Assembly: GCA_054600435.1 (NCBI GenBank)
Contig: BAAIJX010000010.1
Location: 248,001-312,000, forward strand
Length of the DNA stretch: 64,000 bases
Reading direction: 5' to 3'
Source of the DNA: Neophaeotheca triangularis
Lineage: Eukaryota
Shown here piece after piece: positions 45,765-57,859 of the stretch. Below the pieces are notes generated by a model. That model had not been told where the DNA came from and ran no database searches. It saw only the letters and a list, made by a program, of their open reading frames with translations. Position 1 is the first letter of the stretch, and every line of letters begins with the position of its first letter. The position numbers were made by a program, and so were the translations under genes.

Positions 45765-46667
45765 ATGTCCACCCGCATATTCACACCCCGTCTCCTAACC
45801 ACTACAACCAAAAATCTCGCCCGCACAAGCATCCCCCAGCAGTCCAGTAAAATAGCTGCCGCCAGAGCTACCCAAACCCTCCGTTTCTTCAGCACCACTC
45901 CCACAAGAATGGACCCCAACGAAGCCAAAGGCCAGTCAGTGCCGGGCAAGGACGAATGGAAGCAGCGCGCACCCTACCGCATTCATGAGCCCAACGAGGG
46001 CTTCAAGACTCGCTACGAGGCCAGCTGCCATTGCGGCAAGGTCAAGTACCAGCTAAGCCGTGAAGAGCCTCTCGACTCCAAGCTCTGCCATTGCACCACA
46101 TGCCAGACTCAGCATGGTGAGTAGCTCTTATCATGCCATTGGCTTTCACACCCAATGTGAAACAGATTGCTGATGCGTATTCCTAGCCGCCCCTTTCCAA
46201 TGGGCCGCCATCTTCCACAAAGACGACATCAACTTCCTGCACGGCCACCACAACCTCGAATGGTACGACCCGACTGAGAAGAGCATCGAGCACAAGCTCC
46301 CTTGCAAAGTGCGCTGCGACTTCTGCCATTCGCCCATCATGGACGAGGGCCGCAACATGATCTTGCTCTTCCCCAGTCTCGTGCACTTGAAGACGGATGA
46401 GGACAAGGCGAACTTCAAGCCCAGGTTAGTATTGTCCCCTCTGGCTCGGACATCGTGATCGTTGTTGCTGATGTTTTCGGTGTCTGTAGATGCCACATGT
46501 TTTACGGTCAGCGCGTGATGGATATCCCCGATGGTCTGCCCAAGTGGTCCGGCTTGAACCAAGACAGCGAGTTGATCGAAGACAGCCCACCGGAGATGGT
46601 CAAGGAGCACCAGAGGAAGATGGAGAAACAACGTGAAGAGAAGTTCAACAAGGGCGAGAACCAGTAA
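45765..46667 (+). CDS. GFA / CENP-V (Mss4-like) zinc-binding protein; introns 46117-46186 and 46425-46489
   Basis: ASCHCG.V, CHCTTCQ..H, CDFCHSPI, P.CHMFY. Confidence 0.88.
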
Positions 46668-47451
46668 GGGCTGTGCTGCGTAGCAGTCACTTTTGGTGAT
46701 ACTAGCACCGATTAAGTCGGCGGGGCTTATGTGGTTTATGTGGGTTGAGTTGAGCGTCGGCGTTGTGAGTGGTATGGCATGATTAAATGGTTTGTGGTCC
46801 TGCGAGGGCTCGCCAACAGTGCGAGGGTTGCACGATTCCTTGCTATCGAAGAACGCTAGGTACAGTGTTCATCCGAATTGTACTAAAACACTCATCAGAT
46901 ACATCATGTCTTGTTTCACTTGTGCGCTATCGTCAGACTTCACTTTCCAGTGATGGCTTCTTATTGTGGTAGTAGGTAGCTGCTTTTATCAGTAATTGCT
47001 TGCCACTGAATGCCTTTCGAGCACTTTCAAATTACTACTTGAGCCTTCATAAACCAGCCAACTTGACTCGATACTACTCCATGATACTTGCTTCCTTGCC
47101 AACACAAAAGACTAACTGTCGACAAGCATAACTCCATTGCTAAACTCCACAACATCATCGGGGTACCTAGCTAGGTACTACCTTGGGCCTCCACACCTTC
47201 ATCTTCTTACTTCAGGAACCTGGAAGTCTCCACAACCAAAGAAAGCCTTCTCCCAATTGGGCAAAGCCCGCCAAGCCAAACCCTCGACACGACATCTCGA
47301 CTTCACCACCACAGTGAGTTCCCGACGCGCCCAACACCGCGTACGTAGATTGAAACGCGATTGCCAATCTCAAAAATTCAATCGCAGGCAGATGACATGC
47401 ACTAAAATCTTACAATGGCAGTTTTCGTGGTTGTGATAGCCGCCGGCCAGG

Positions 47452-50400
47452 ATGCCTAAACGCAAGCGCGGCCAGGCACAAAGTCTCTCGAGTACAGCTC
47501 CTAAGAAAAGACGTGGTAGACGTAAGTATAGCCCCCCCAGCGCGCCAATACCATCCACTGCATTATCACCAGGTGTCGCGCTCGCTCCATCAATTACTAA
47601 CAACCTCGTCAATAGCAAGCAACTCACCCCCCTCGCCACCAGCACAACATCCCCACGGCGACATCGACGCCGACCGCGAGTACAAACTCCGCAATATCCT
47701 CAACGAAACCAGCACCCACTACCTTATCGACTGGGAAGACGACACCGAGACCGGCGAGAGTTTCGATCCTTCGTGGGAACCCAAGGAGAACGCGAACCCG
47801 GAAGCCGTCGCTGACTGGGAGAACGTCAAAGCTGCTAAATCCGCTTCCCGGAGGATTGCAAGTGCGTCGCCTGCGGTTGAGGGTGCGAGTGCGCCGTCGA
47901 ATAAACGGCTGAAGCGCGGTAGGCTTAGGAAGCGGGTTGTGGAGAGCTCGCCTGAACCTGTTTTCACTGCTAGGCGCGACGAGGACGACGACGAGGAGGC
48001 TGCGCCAGTAGCAATCTGGGAACCGGAAGCCGAGCAGGAGCTTCTGGAGATTGGCGAGTCCCAGCACGCTACTGCAGGCGCCGAGCGTGAAGTCACAGGG
48101 AACCAGAGTCCGCTTTTTGTCTCTCGAGACGTTTCGCCTGTGCCGTCACGGAAATCGCCGCGTGCCAGTGCTACCGTCCAGGTTTCTGATCCTCCTTCGA
48201 GCTTTGCTGCTGGTGATTACGAGCGCTTTAGCTTGAGCCAGAGGAAGGGACACGAGGGTTCGCAATCCGTGGGAGACTCCGCGCAGACGTTCCAGAATCG
48301 AGGAGAAGCCGCTCTTGACACTTCTACTTCTGCCACTGCTGCAGAGCCCCACGCTCAGGAGAAGCCGGAGCAATCGCAACAACCTATAAACACCGCCACC
48401 GCCAACAACAGCAACGCAATCACTGATTCCTCCACTTCTGGCATCGTAGTTCAGCAAGAAAGGAAATCTCCAGAACCATCCCAATACATTCCCGACCACG
48501 CGGATACCTCCAAGGAAACTACCGACACTTCGGCGAATCCCACGACACCGAGCCAGCAAATTCAGACCGAGCTTGAGGTTGGCGAGACTGTCGTTACTAC
48601 CGTTCCCGATTCACAGAGTTTGCCTGATTCACAGAGTTTCGTGCCCAAGTCTACACAGGGAGAGACAAGTGGCGAGACTAGTGGGGAAAACCAGTTGAAA
48701 GGTACCCTATCAGAAGAGCAAATCGCCACCCAGAATATTCAGGCCTCTGAAGTAGAAGCCGCACCTTCCACGCAAAGGGTACAAGAGTCTTCACAAGTGG
48801 TAAACGTGCCTCCAACACTTTTCGAGAATTCAGCTCGGTCGCAAGATTCACGGGAAACATCCGACAAACAACAGCCTTCGCAGCAAGTGCCGCCTAGATC
48901 CACCGCCGACGAGATCGACGACTTCTTCGCCGGCGCTATCAGTAGCACCAACCCAGCAGACCTCCACAAGCCCGCATCACAGCAGGAATCTCATAGCGGT
49001 CTAATTGAAACAGAGACTGCCAAAGAACCAGGTCAGCAATCTTCAGAGGAAGGTGCAGAAAACGCTGTTGGTGATCGCTCGGAAGAGGAGCGGCCTACCG
49101 TACCTGAAAAGCAATCTCAGCAAAGTGACTCGCAGGATCTGTACCGTACATCTGTGCCCCCAAGGCAACGATCTCGCTCGCCCCAAACTCAGACCGAGCC
49201 TCAAAGCCAGGAGAGCCATAGTAGTACACAACAAGAAAACAGAGAGCCACTAAAGGATCCGCCTGCTCCTTGGGGCTTCTTCAGACAATTCCATAATCGC
49301 GATTCTGATAAAGCTCCAACCGCGAGCAGTGACCAAACGGTTGCAAGCGTCCAGAGCGATCCGGCCCCGACAAGCTTCCAGAAGCAGAACGATAGTCAGG
49401 CTTTGGACGTATCGAACCTTCAAAGGAACAGCGATAGGAATCCCATTTCGATTTCCAGCGGGCAACCCACCAGCAGTGAAAGTATCAACGAGCGTATTGC
49501 TGCTTCGATAGCATCAGGCACGGTTTCTGGCCCTCACAGTCAAGCCGTTCCGCCGGAGCCTGAGCAGCAAAAATCTGTCGAGGTCACAAGGCAGCATCTA
49601 CCAAGCCAGTCTCAGGGTGCAAACTACGCTGCTGCTGCTGACATCAACGGTCGTCAGATCAACAGGCAAGACGACCAATCGAGAGGCTCAGAGGATAACA
49701 CGGACTCTTCGGCCTTTCCCTTCATCACTCAGATAGGGGTGCATCACGGCGAGACACCTGCTGAGCGTCGAGCTCTGTTTCTAGGACGCAACCATCAGCC
49801 GTTCCCGTTTGCGCGGCAGCAAAAGCAACACCCCCCCTCGGATATCCCTCTCCACGGTTCAAGCCAACCGCAACCTGCTGCTGGCTCATCTATACAACTT
49901 TCCAGCCCCTTTCCATCGTTCCCGACCCATTCACCGCCAACGTTTGGTGAAAGCGCGCCGCCTCGTCCACAAACACCGTCGACGCCTGACCTCGAAAACA
50001 TGCAGTCTTCGCCGCAGACAGGTGAGCCTAAGCTTTCACTCACAGCGAAGATCAATCGCATGCGTGAAGCTCGACGCAGCGAGACACAGGCCCGACTTGG
50101 CGAAACACCCAATGCCGCCGCACAGACCCCTTCCGAGCCTGTCCGCCCTAACGCCGTTCCCGAAAGGCTAACCTCTCCAGCTCCTTCCGCGTTGCCTGCG
50201 CGTCTCACCTCGCCTGCACCTGCTGAAGGAGCGCGCTCGCCTTCTGCAGTTCCTGTCATGGAGCCTCTACCAGTGATTTCACAAGAAGACCAGACCACGT
50301 CCGAACGGTATTACACCCTTCTACCTGAAGCGCATGGGAACGGTGAGGACACCAGAATTCGCAACGGCAACTCCACCTTTCAACAAAATTTCGACACAAC

Positions 50401-52402
50401 CGATACCACAATGGCTGAGCCGGAGCCTCAATCGGGCAGCAAATTCCACGTCGTGCCGATTGCCATGATAGGCCATCAGCGCGATCACTATCCCCAAACG
50501 GTCTATTACGGGAAAGAACTGGTTAAACGCTTCACCGCGACCGAAGCTCCCGATGAGGCTCTAATGCAAGAGGCCGAAGAGTTCGTCATGCGAATCAAGC
50601 GCATAGTCAACCACCCGGACCTCGATAACCGAGAGGCCATGACGCAATACGATGTATCTCCTGAGCAGCAAGCCGAGTGGTCTATCCATTGCAGTGCCAA
50701 GTTCAAATTTCTGAGCGAGCTTATCAGCGGTTTCAAAGCCAAGTATCCGAGTTCGGACTTCAAGGTTGTTCTTCTTGCAAGCTCTTCGGTTCTGGCCACC
50801 ATGCTTTTCAATCACTGCAAGACCTTGCCAGCCCACACGCATCTCGAGCTGGATGAGGAAGAGCATGAATCACAGATCGAGGGCTCTGGTAATATCACGG
50901 TCCACGTGTCCTCCGTCCCTGAGCCACAGTGCATCAAGACCGACGGCGCGGATCTCTTGATTGCTTTTGATGATGGCTTAGAGGATGTTTCTGTCGTTAG
51001 ACAGCTAGACGGGTATGCGCTGCGCCGCGATATCCGCCTCGTCCTTCAGCTCGTAGTTCCTCGTTCTGTTGAGCATATCGAGCGTCGACTTGCTCCCTCT
51101 CTGTCTGCTCGTGCACGCCTTCACGCACTACTCAGCGGAATCTTTAGACTTCGCTCTGAGGCTGGTAGGCTCGAGGAAGATCAGGTTCCCCCTAAAGAAG
51201 CGGCAGCGGCTATTGTGGACTACATGCTTGCGGATGGTGAGGCGTCCGCAGAATGGCCTCTCGCTACCCTCAGTCGTCTCGATCAGCTTGACAGCCAGAC
51301 TGAGAGCGAGCTGGAGCCTCAGACATCTGAGATCGTTGGGAGTGCTGAATCGCAAGAGATGGCTCACACTGGCGTGAAGAGGGGATTCGACACGGCGAAC
51401 ATGGGGGTGATGGACTCGGATCCGAACAAAAGAGCACGTACAGACATGGCTTCAGTGACGAACAACGCCGCGATGCCTGTCACCATTAATCCTGCAGAGC
51501 TGGATATCACACATGTCAGCGACTCTGTCGACAAGCCAACCCAAGGGAACTTACTCACCTCTTCAATACCGCCCTTCCCCTCTGACACCGAGAGGCGTTT
51601 GAGAAAGCTGCTCAAAGAGACACAAGATCGGCTTGACGAACATGTCAAAGCCATGAGCGAGCTGCAGTACCGCCACGAAGATCAGCGCAACGAGATGGTC
51701 GAAGCATGCACCGACCGTGACAACATCACGGAATCGGCAGCTAGAGCCATGAACCGTGTGCAAGAGCAAGACGAAGTCCTCAAAGCACTCCGTATCGAGC
51801 GTAACGAGCTCAAGACCAAGCTTCTAGAAGCTGACGAGCGTCTCCTCTCCCACTCCGTCCCAGAGCGCGCTGAGCTTGAAGCCCTCCGCATTGCCAAAGA
51901 CAAAGCGCAAGCGGAAACTGAACGCCTGCAGACGCGCCTCGAAAGCGCAAACGGCGAACTCGAGTACATGCGCACCATGTACCAAGACACGTCTTCCAAA
52001 GCGCAAGCCCTAGCCCAGCAGAACGGGCAATTGGAAAACGAGCTCGCCATCGCCCAAAACAAGGCCACGGGCACGCAGGTCGCGCTGAAGCAAATGAGCC
52101 AAGACACATTGACGAAGAGACTCCGCGCGGAGAACAAGAAACTCGCCGCCGCGATCGCAAACCGCGAAGCCGGGCTCAAGACCCGCGACGAGGAGATTGC
52201 GAGGCTGAAGGAGGCGAGCCGCGGAAGAATGGGGACGAGAGCTACGAGCGTGCCCCGGAGTCCTAGACTCGGCAGTCCGTTGAAGGCCGCGACGAGCGGG
52301 AGCGGCGGTAATGGAGGCAGCGCGAGTCGCCAGGGTAGTCCGAGCGCTAGTGAGTTAAGAGGTCGTGCTGGCCCTGGCTTGCATCCTTTGCGGAATGGTT
52401 AG
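47452..52402 (+). CDS. AT-hook + chromodomain + HDA2/3-like + coiled-coil chromatin protein; intron 47522-47615 (short isoform)
   Basis: Chromo-like YKLRNILNE..HYLIDWE..SWEPKENANPEAVADWE; HPDL..CSAKFKFLSELI resembling the HDA2/3 family; long heptad region; intron GTAAGT..TACTAAC..TAG. Confidence 0.75.
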
Positions 52403-52445
52403 ACTGGTTGAAGATTGGAGAATGCTGACATTGTGTTTCTGGTAG

Positions 52446-52963
52446 GTTCAACTTCTTCTTCTTCTTCCGCCGATGAAGTGCCGGCGGTTGCTCATGAGGA
52501 CGTTTCTTCTGACTATACAGGCACTGGCTCCCCCTCCCCTTCCGACTCGGACAACGACAACGACAACTACAACGAGCACGAGAACGAAAACGAAAGCGAA
52601 GACGAAGAGGAAGACGCCCCCTCCGGCTCCACCACCACCAAACCCCAGAAGAAAGAAGCACGCTTTAGCGTCAGTTCCCCCGCCACCGTTGCCATTGCCA
52701 CTGCCACTGCCACTGCCACTGCCCCCAAGCCCCGCCCCCGACCTCGCGGCCGCCAGCCAGCCACTGACGCTTCTAGCAAAAGCCATGCCTGCCAGCTTTG
52801 CCCGCGCAATTTTGGCCGAGCTGAACATCTCAAGCGCCATGTTGCGACCTTGCATACTGGTGCTAAACCTCACAAATGCGGTGTTTGTGGGAGGGATTTT
52901 TCTAGGGCGGATAATTTGGCGCAGCATGTGCGGACTTTGCATGAGGGTGGTGGGGGGGTTTAG
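52446..52963 (+). CDS. Terminal exon with two Msn2/Seb1-type C2H2 zinc fingers, splice-joined to the upstream gene via intron 52398-52445
   Basis: RGRQ..SKSHACQLCPRNFGRAEHLKRHVATLHTGAKPHKCGVCGRDFSRADNLAQHVRTLH; no in-frame ATG; intron GTTAGA..GCTGAC..TAG keeps the frame. Confidence 0.7.
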
Positions 52964-55309
52964 AGCGTTGAGGGTTTTAATAGATGAGGCATAGGGGGTG
53001 GCAGTGGAAGTCAATAGTCAGAGGATGGCGGCGGTGTTTGGTGTGGGGAGAGTGCGGTTGGTGCGTGAAGGAGAAGAGACGGAATGAGTGAGAAAGGCAG
53101 TGGGTTGGAAGTGTCATTGCTACTTTATGTAGCCACACTATGGAAAGCGCTGTTGATTCGCAAGGCTTTTGCTGCAGTATAGTTTAAACTATTGGTAAGT
53201 GCACCCCTATAAACTATTGTACAACTACTCTGGACTACTCTGCTTCAGGATGTCAGAGCCATCGGTCTCTAGTAATCCCAAAGCTTGGCGGTGCTCCATT
53301 AGCAGCGCTTCCGTTTCAGGCTTCCTCAGCACTACAACACATTAACACCTTAATAGGGCCAAGCACCTCTACCACTAGGATAGCGGCGGTGATAGTCTGC
53401 CCTGCAACTTAACAACGTGTGTCCTACAACAAGTTACGAACTAACACTGGTAATTTTCTTTGATTTCACACCGCTTTATCGGGTTTTCGTACTGACTTGA
53501 CGCAATCTCAGGGGTTTTGTGAACCCTGCTTGTGGAAGGGGCACTGTGTACCAGACTTTCACATTCGGTATCCATCGACCCTCCGGTGGAACTCGCACTC
53601 TTGCGGAAGAGGTCTAGATCCATTGCAACTCCAGAGACAAGAGTCACACTCCCAGCTCTATCTCCGCAACATTGCCACCGGTTCGAAAAGGCATTTGGTA
53701 TCAATTCGCCAAACAAGCCGCATAACATCACCTTTTGAAGTGCAACGGCGGTCTCCATTCTCGAATGCGCGCCATAGCAGCCTTGACGAAAGCCTTGGTG
53801 ATACTTTCCTCATCTCGTACAATTACTTCTGCGCCTCTCCGCAACGTAAAAACATCTACAAACACCATAAAGCGTGAACATGCCTGTCAAAGTCCGAGCC
53901 CAGTCGCTAGCCAAGGAGAACGCCAGACCTCGTGAGGACGATCTACATTTTCTGTTCCTGACCTTGCCGGCGGAGTGCATACGGAATTGGACTCACACCG
54001 TCAACACCGACTACAGGTGCGTCCTCAAAGCACGGAACCCTTTTTACATCATGCTGGACGTTGGCTTCCGACTCGAGTCAATCGAGGCTCTTCCACCTAC
54101 AACACCCAAAGACGCAACCCGTGCCACCTCCGTTATGGTATCGCATCACATCATAAGCATCATGGCTAGGCAAGCGTGGATTTTCAGAAACGAGATAAAT
54201 ACCGATCGCGAGCTTGGTATCCCCATTTGTAAGATGCATTGACCTGAATGATGAGACAGTTGGAAGCGGGCATCAGCCAAAGGGACGCTAGAAAGGAAGA
54301 CCGTACCAAAATGGCTTGAGTTCGGGATATTGGGAAGTTGGGAACAGACTAAGGCTGGACACTTAGCGAAGCGGGCGAACTGACGAATGTTCTGGAAACT
54401 GATCAATGTCACTGAGACGCGGGTTCAAGATGAAGAAGGGTCTGATAGAGTTTGTTGCAGCGGCATACATTTCTTTTGTGCCTCATAGACGGGGCAATAA
54501 TGAAATACTCGTCTGGATGCAAATTGGCTCTGGAAAAGACAGCAACTAGCCCAAGCGTGATACAAGTATCTTTACCGTCATTCAATCACACTGAAATGCC
54601 GGTCGGATCGATTGCCTGCGTGGTTTACTCGCCCTCCCTAGCTTGTAGATTGAAAGTCTTCTTTTGCAAAGCAGAATGAGTGCAACTGCAGAGGGCTACC
54701 GGGAAGAAATAGAGTCGCCGTTGTTTGTGGGTTTGCATCAGAAAAGAAGTTGGCAGCGCGCAAGGACAGAAGTGGTTGCTTTTGCCAATGGCAAGGCTCA
54801 ACAGAAGGTCAAGAGTGGAAATGAAGAAAGAAGAGCGACAAGGAAAAGTTGAGAGAAGACTCGCAAGAGTGAAAGCGAGGCTTCTAAAGTGTTCAAGCAG
54901 AAGACTGGTGAGTAGAAGTTGAGAAAGGAGGCGAGAAAGAAGTAGTAGTGCACAAGTATGATTTCCATTCGCTACTCCGCCAACCGCTCAGTCCTGTAAA
55001 CCAGAGCAGTCGGCAGAAGGCAGCTTTCAAATCTAGATACTGTGCATAAGGAGCGACTACAGTCAGTCGGAGAGCAAAACACATCAAGTCATGGAGAGAA
55101 GGAGGAGAGCCTGATTCTCTCCTGGGTCCTTCTCCTTCAGATCAATCCATCACTGCTTCCCATCACAACTTCCATCCCAAACAAAAATCGAAAAATCCCC
55201 CAAATTGTTCCAGTGGGCTCGTTCGCGGAAAAGACCAGCAGTCCCGGTACTAGAGTCGTGGTAGCGTTGGGGGTGGCTTCGTGGAGCCTCGTGTCGTCGG
55301 TAGAGTAGT

Positions 55310-55949
55310 TTACCAGACCGAGGAGGCGACCTTGGCCTGGGCTGCGGGGGCAGCCTCGGCACCACCGTAGGCAGCAACGGCCTCGGTGAAGTCGCCGTCG
55401 ATCTTCTTGAGTGCGGCCTGGCCGTCGGTCTTGGTGTCCGCGGCGGCGATGCCGATGTAGCTCTCACCAAGGGCGTTGGTCTTCTCGCGGAGCGAGTTGA
55501 TGTCCTTGGTGGCTTTGCCCTTCAGGTTGGACCCGTCGAAGGCATCCTGCTTCTCAACCATCATGTCGAGCGTTCCGGCAATGCTGGGCTCGAGCGTGGT
55601 GTTGATGTAGTTGATGAGCGAGTTGGAGTCCTCGCTGGAGAGCTCCTCGGAAGACTTAGCGTTCTCGCTGGCGGTCTCGATGCTCTTCTCGAGCTTGCTC
55701 TCAGCAGACTCAACAGGGATGGCAGAGACGAGGCCACCGCCGTACTGAGGAGTTGGAAGTTAGCTTTGCCATCGAGATAGTTGTGCTGCGAATGCGTACC
55801 TTGTTGACCGCTTCGGTCAACTGAGTAAGGTCGGAGTTGATCGTCTTCAGGTCAGAAGCGATGGTCTGGACATCGCGGCGGAGGACAGCAGCGCTGACGG
55901 CGGTGGAGACGCTCAAGGCGGAAAGGATGACGTTCTTGACGGAAGGCAT
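55310..55949 (-). CDS. Secreted HsbA / cell-wall mannoprotein family protein; intron 55745-55799
   Basis: Signal peptide, dibasic RR site, helical DVQTIASDL.TI..L..L..AV.., KIDGDFTEAVAAY; strong codon bias. Confidence 0.8.
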
Positions 55950-57859
55950 TTTTGTTTGTTTTTGAAGTTTGGCTCGGTCAACGAGTTGAAAAGCGAAAAG
56001 TGATAAAGAAGAGAGTGAAAGAGTTGAAAGAAGTGCTTGATTGAATTGAAAGTTGTGTTTGTCTGGCCAGAAGAAGATTTGGGATTTACCGGGCAGGCTG
56101 GTTCTCTTTATACTTGACGGTGAGGTCCAACGCTTGGCAGCGACCTCTCACCGCCAGGTCCTTCTGACTCGTCCAAGTCTATACACTTCGCCGCAGCAAA
56201 GCATCTATTGTTTCGTCCTTGCATCACGAAGGATGGTGTTGCGGACGGAGGACCCTAGTTCGGTCGCAAGCAACGTCTCGCTAGTGTTGCGCAAGGACTA
56301 GACTGTGTCATGAACAATGAGTTCAACGGTGGCCGTTCGGGATCTGCAAGTAAGCATTTGGGGTCTCCGCAGACTATCTTGCGGCGGGTGGTTTGGTACA
56401 CCGCTACTTCGACATTCGGGGACCATGTTACTCCAGTACTATGTCAACTTCACCAGTGGCAACTGTAGCTGCCGGAGGGGGCGCCGGAGGCTCGATGCAG
56501 CTGCAGCGGTTCTCCTTGAATGGCTACCTTTACGAACGGAACTGGCCACCAGAGTTTGCCAGTCTCGTTCTGATACTTGGGAAGCAAACCAAGAAGCTTC
56601 ACAGAATCACAAGCCGTATCAAGAATGTCTCGAAGCTGCAACATGCTGACTCAACACGACCTCACCAAAGCCTCGCAGCTCCGCGGACCGCAGCCAAACA
56701 TCCCCCAAGCCTCCACATGGCCAGTTCTCGTGATACCATGGTGGGAGCTTTCGTCTCGAGGAGGGACCTTTTCGAAGCTTCTCAGTGGATCTCGCCACGA
56801 TGGGAGAGTCAGGAAGAGGGTCTGCACGGGTTTGTCGAGCACACGCCAGGCTGCTTTTCAGACTGCAAAACATCAGCGGAAGGCTTGGTTGGAGAGGGGG
56901 TCTAACGAGGCCAGAAGCGGTCTGGATAAGCGTTTAGAAGCGTGGGGCCGGGTGCATCAGGCGATGGCCAAAGCGCTGGAGAGCGCACCGTGCTGAAGCA
57001 CCCATGATGCCGATTGCGTGAATGGATCCACTACTGGAATATCTCTCGCCATCCGTTTGATCATGGCAGCGCCAGGCGCGCCAGAAGTACGTTCCAGAGA
57101 GCTCCATTTGCTGCATTCTGAGTATCGGAGTTCGGTCGGCTGATTAAAACATAGCGGTGAAGCAGGAACCTCGAACTCTATTGTTAAAGCGTGGCTGCAG
57201 CGAGTCAGTATGTAAGCATTTTAAGGTCATGGGCCTTGACTCAGCAGCAGTCTGGGCCAAGTTCTCGCTATTTTGTGAGACAATGGTGGAGCAGTGCGAG
57301 CGTGGAGGCACGGGAGGTTGAAATAGAGTTTAAAGCCCCCGACCACTGCCCGAGTGGATGGCTTGGCAAGGAGCCTGAGGCAGCCCTGGAGCAGCGATTG
57401 ATGCTACCTCCGGACGTACTTTCTACAAGACTATCGGAGCACCGGAGGTAGGTACGATTTTTTGGGCAGGTCACGGGCCTGATTTGCGGGATTTTGGGTA
57501 CTGCCGGCTGTGGTGGGAATTCATCGTATGTCGCTAGCTGACCGACCCCGACCGTGTGGCGTTGAAGACAGCGCTCGCAGGCGTCGACTATACGTGGCGA
57601 GAGCAGGTTGCGGAACCACAGCTCATGACCTTGCCTTATTACTCCGGTGTTTTCCGTTCTTCCACGGAAGCCCTGCCGTTCGAGGTTGGGACAAGGGAAC
57701 CCGCTAACCAGTGGATATTCAGTGCATCTTGATCGTAAGCATACAGCTTCGCATTGTGCTCGGGATATAGTACACCATGCATGTAGCAGCTCTTCCCGCT
57801 GAAGCCAACGCCATGCTATGCGCGCCACGCCACGCCCCTGGTCCCAACTACGACCCCAT

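Noticed and set aside
54700..55130. Purine-rich (GA) stretch
   Set aside because: Low-complexity sequence downstream of HsbA; no periodicity or credible ORF.
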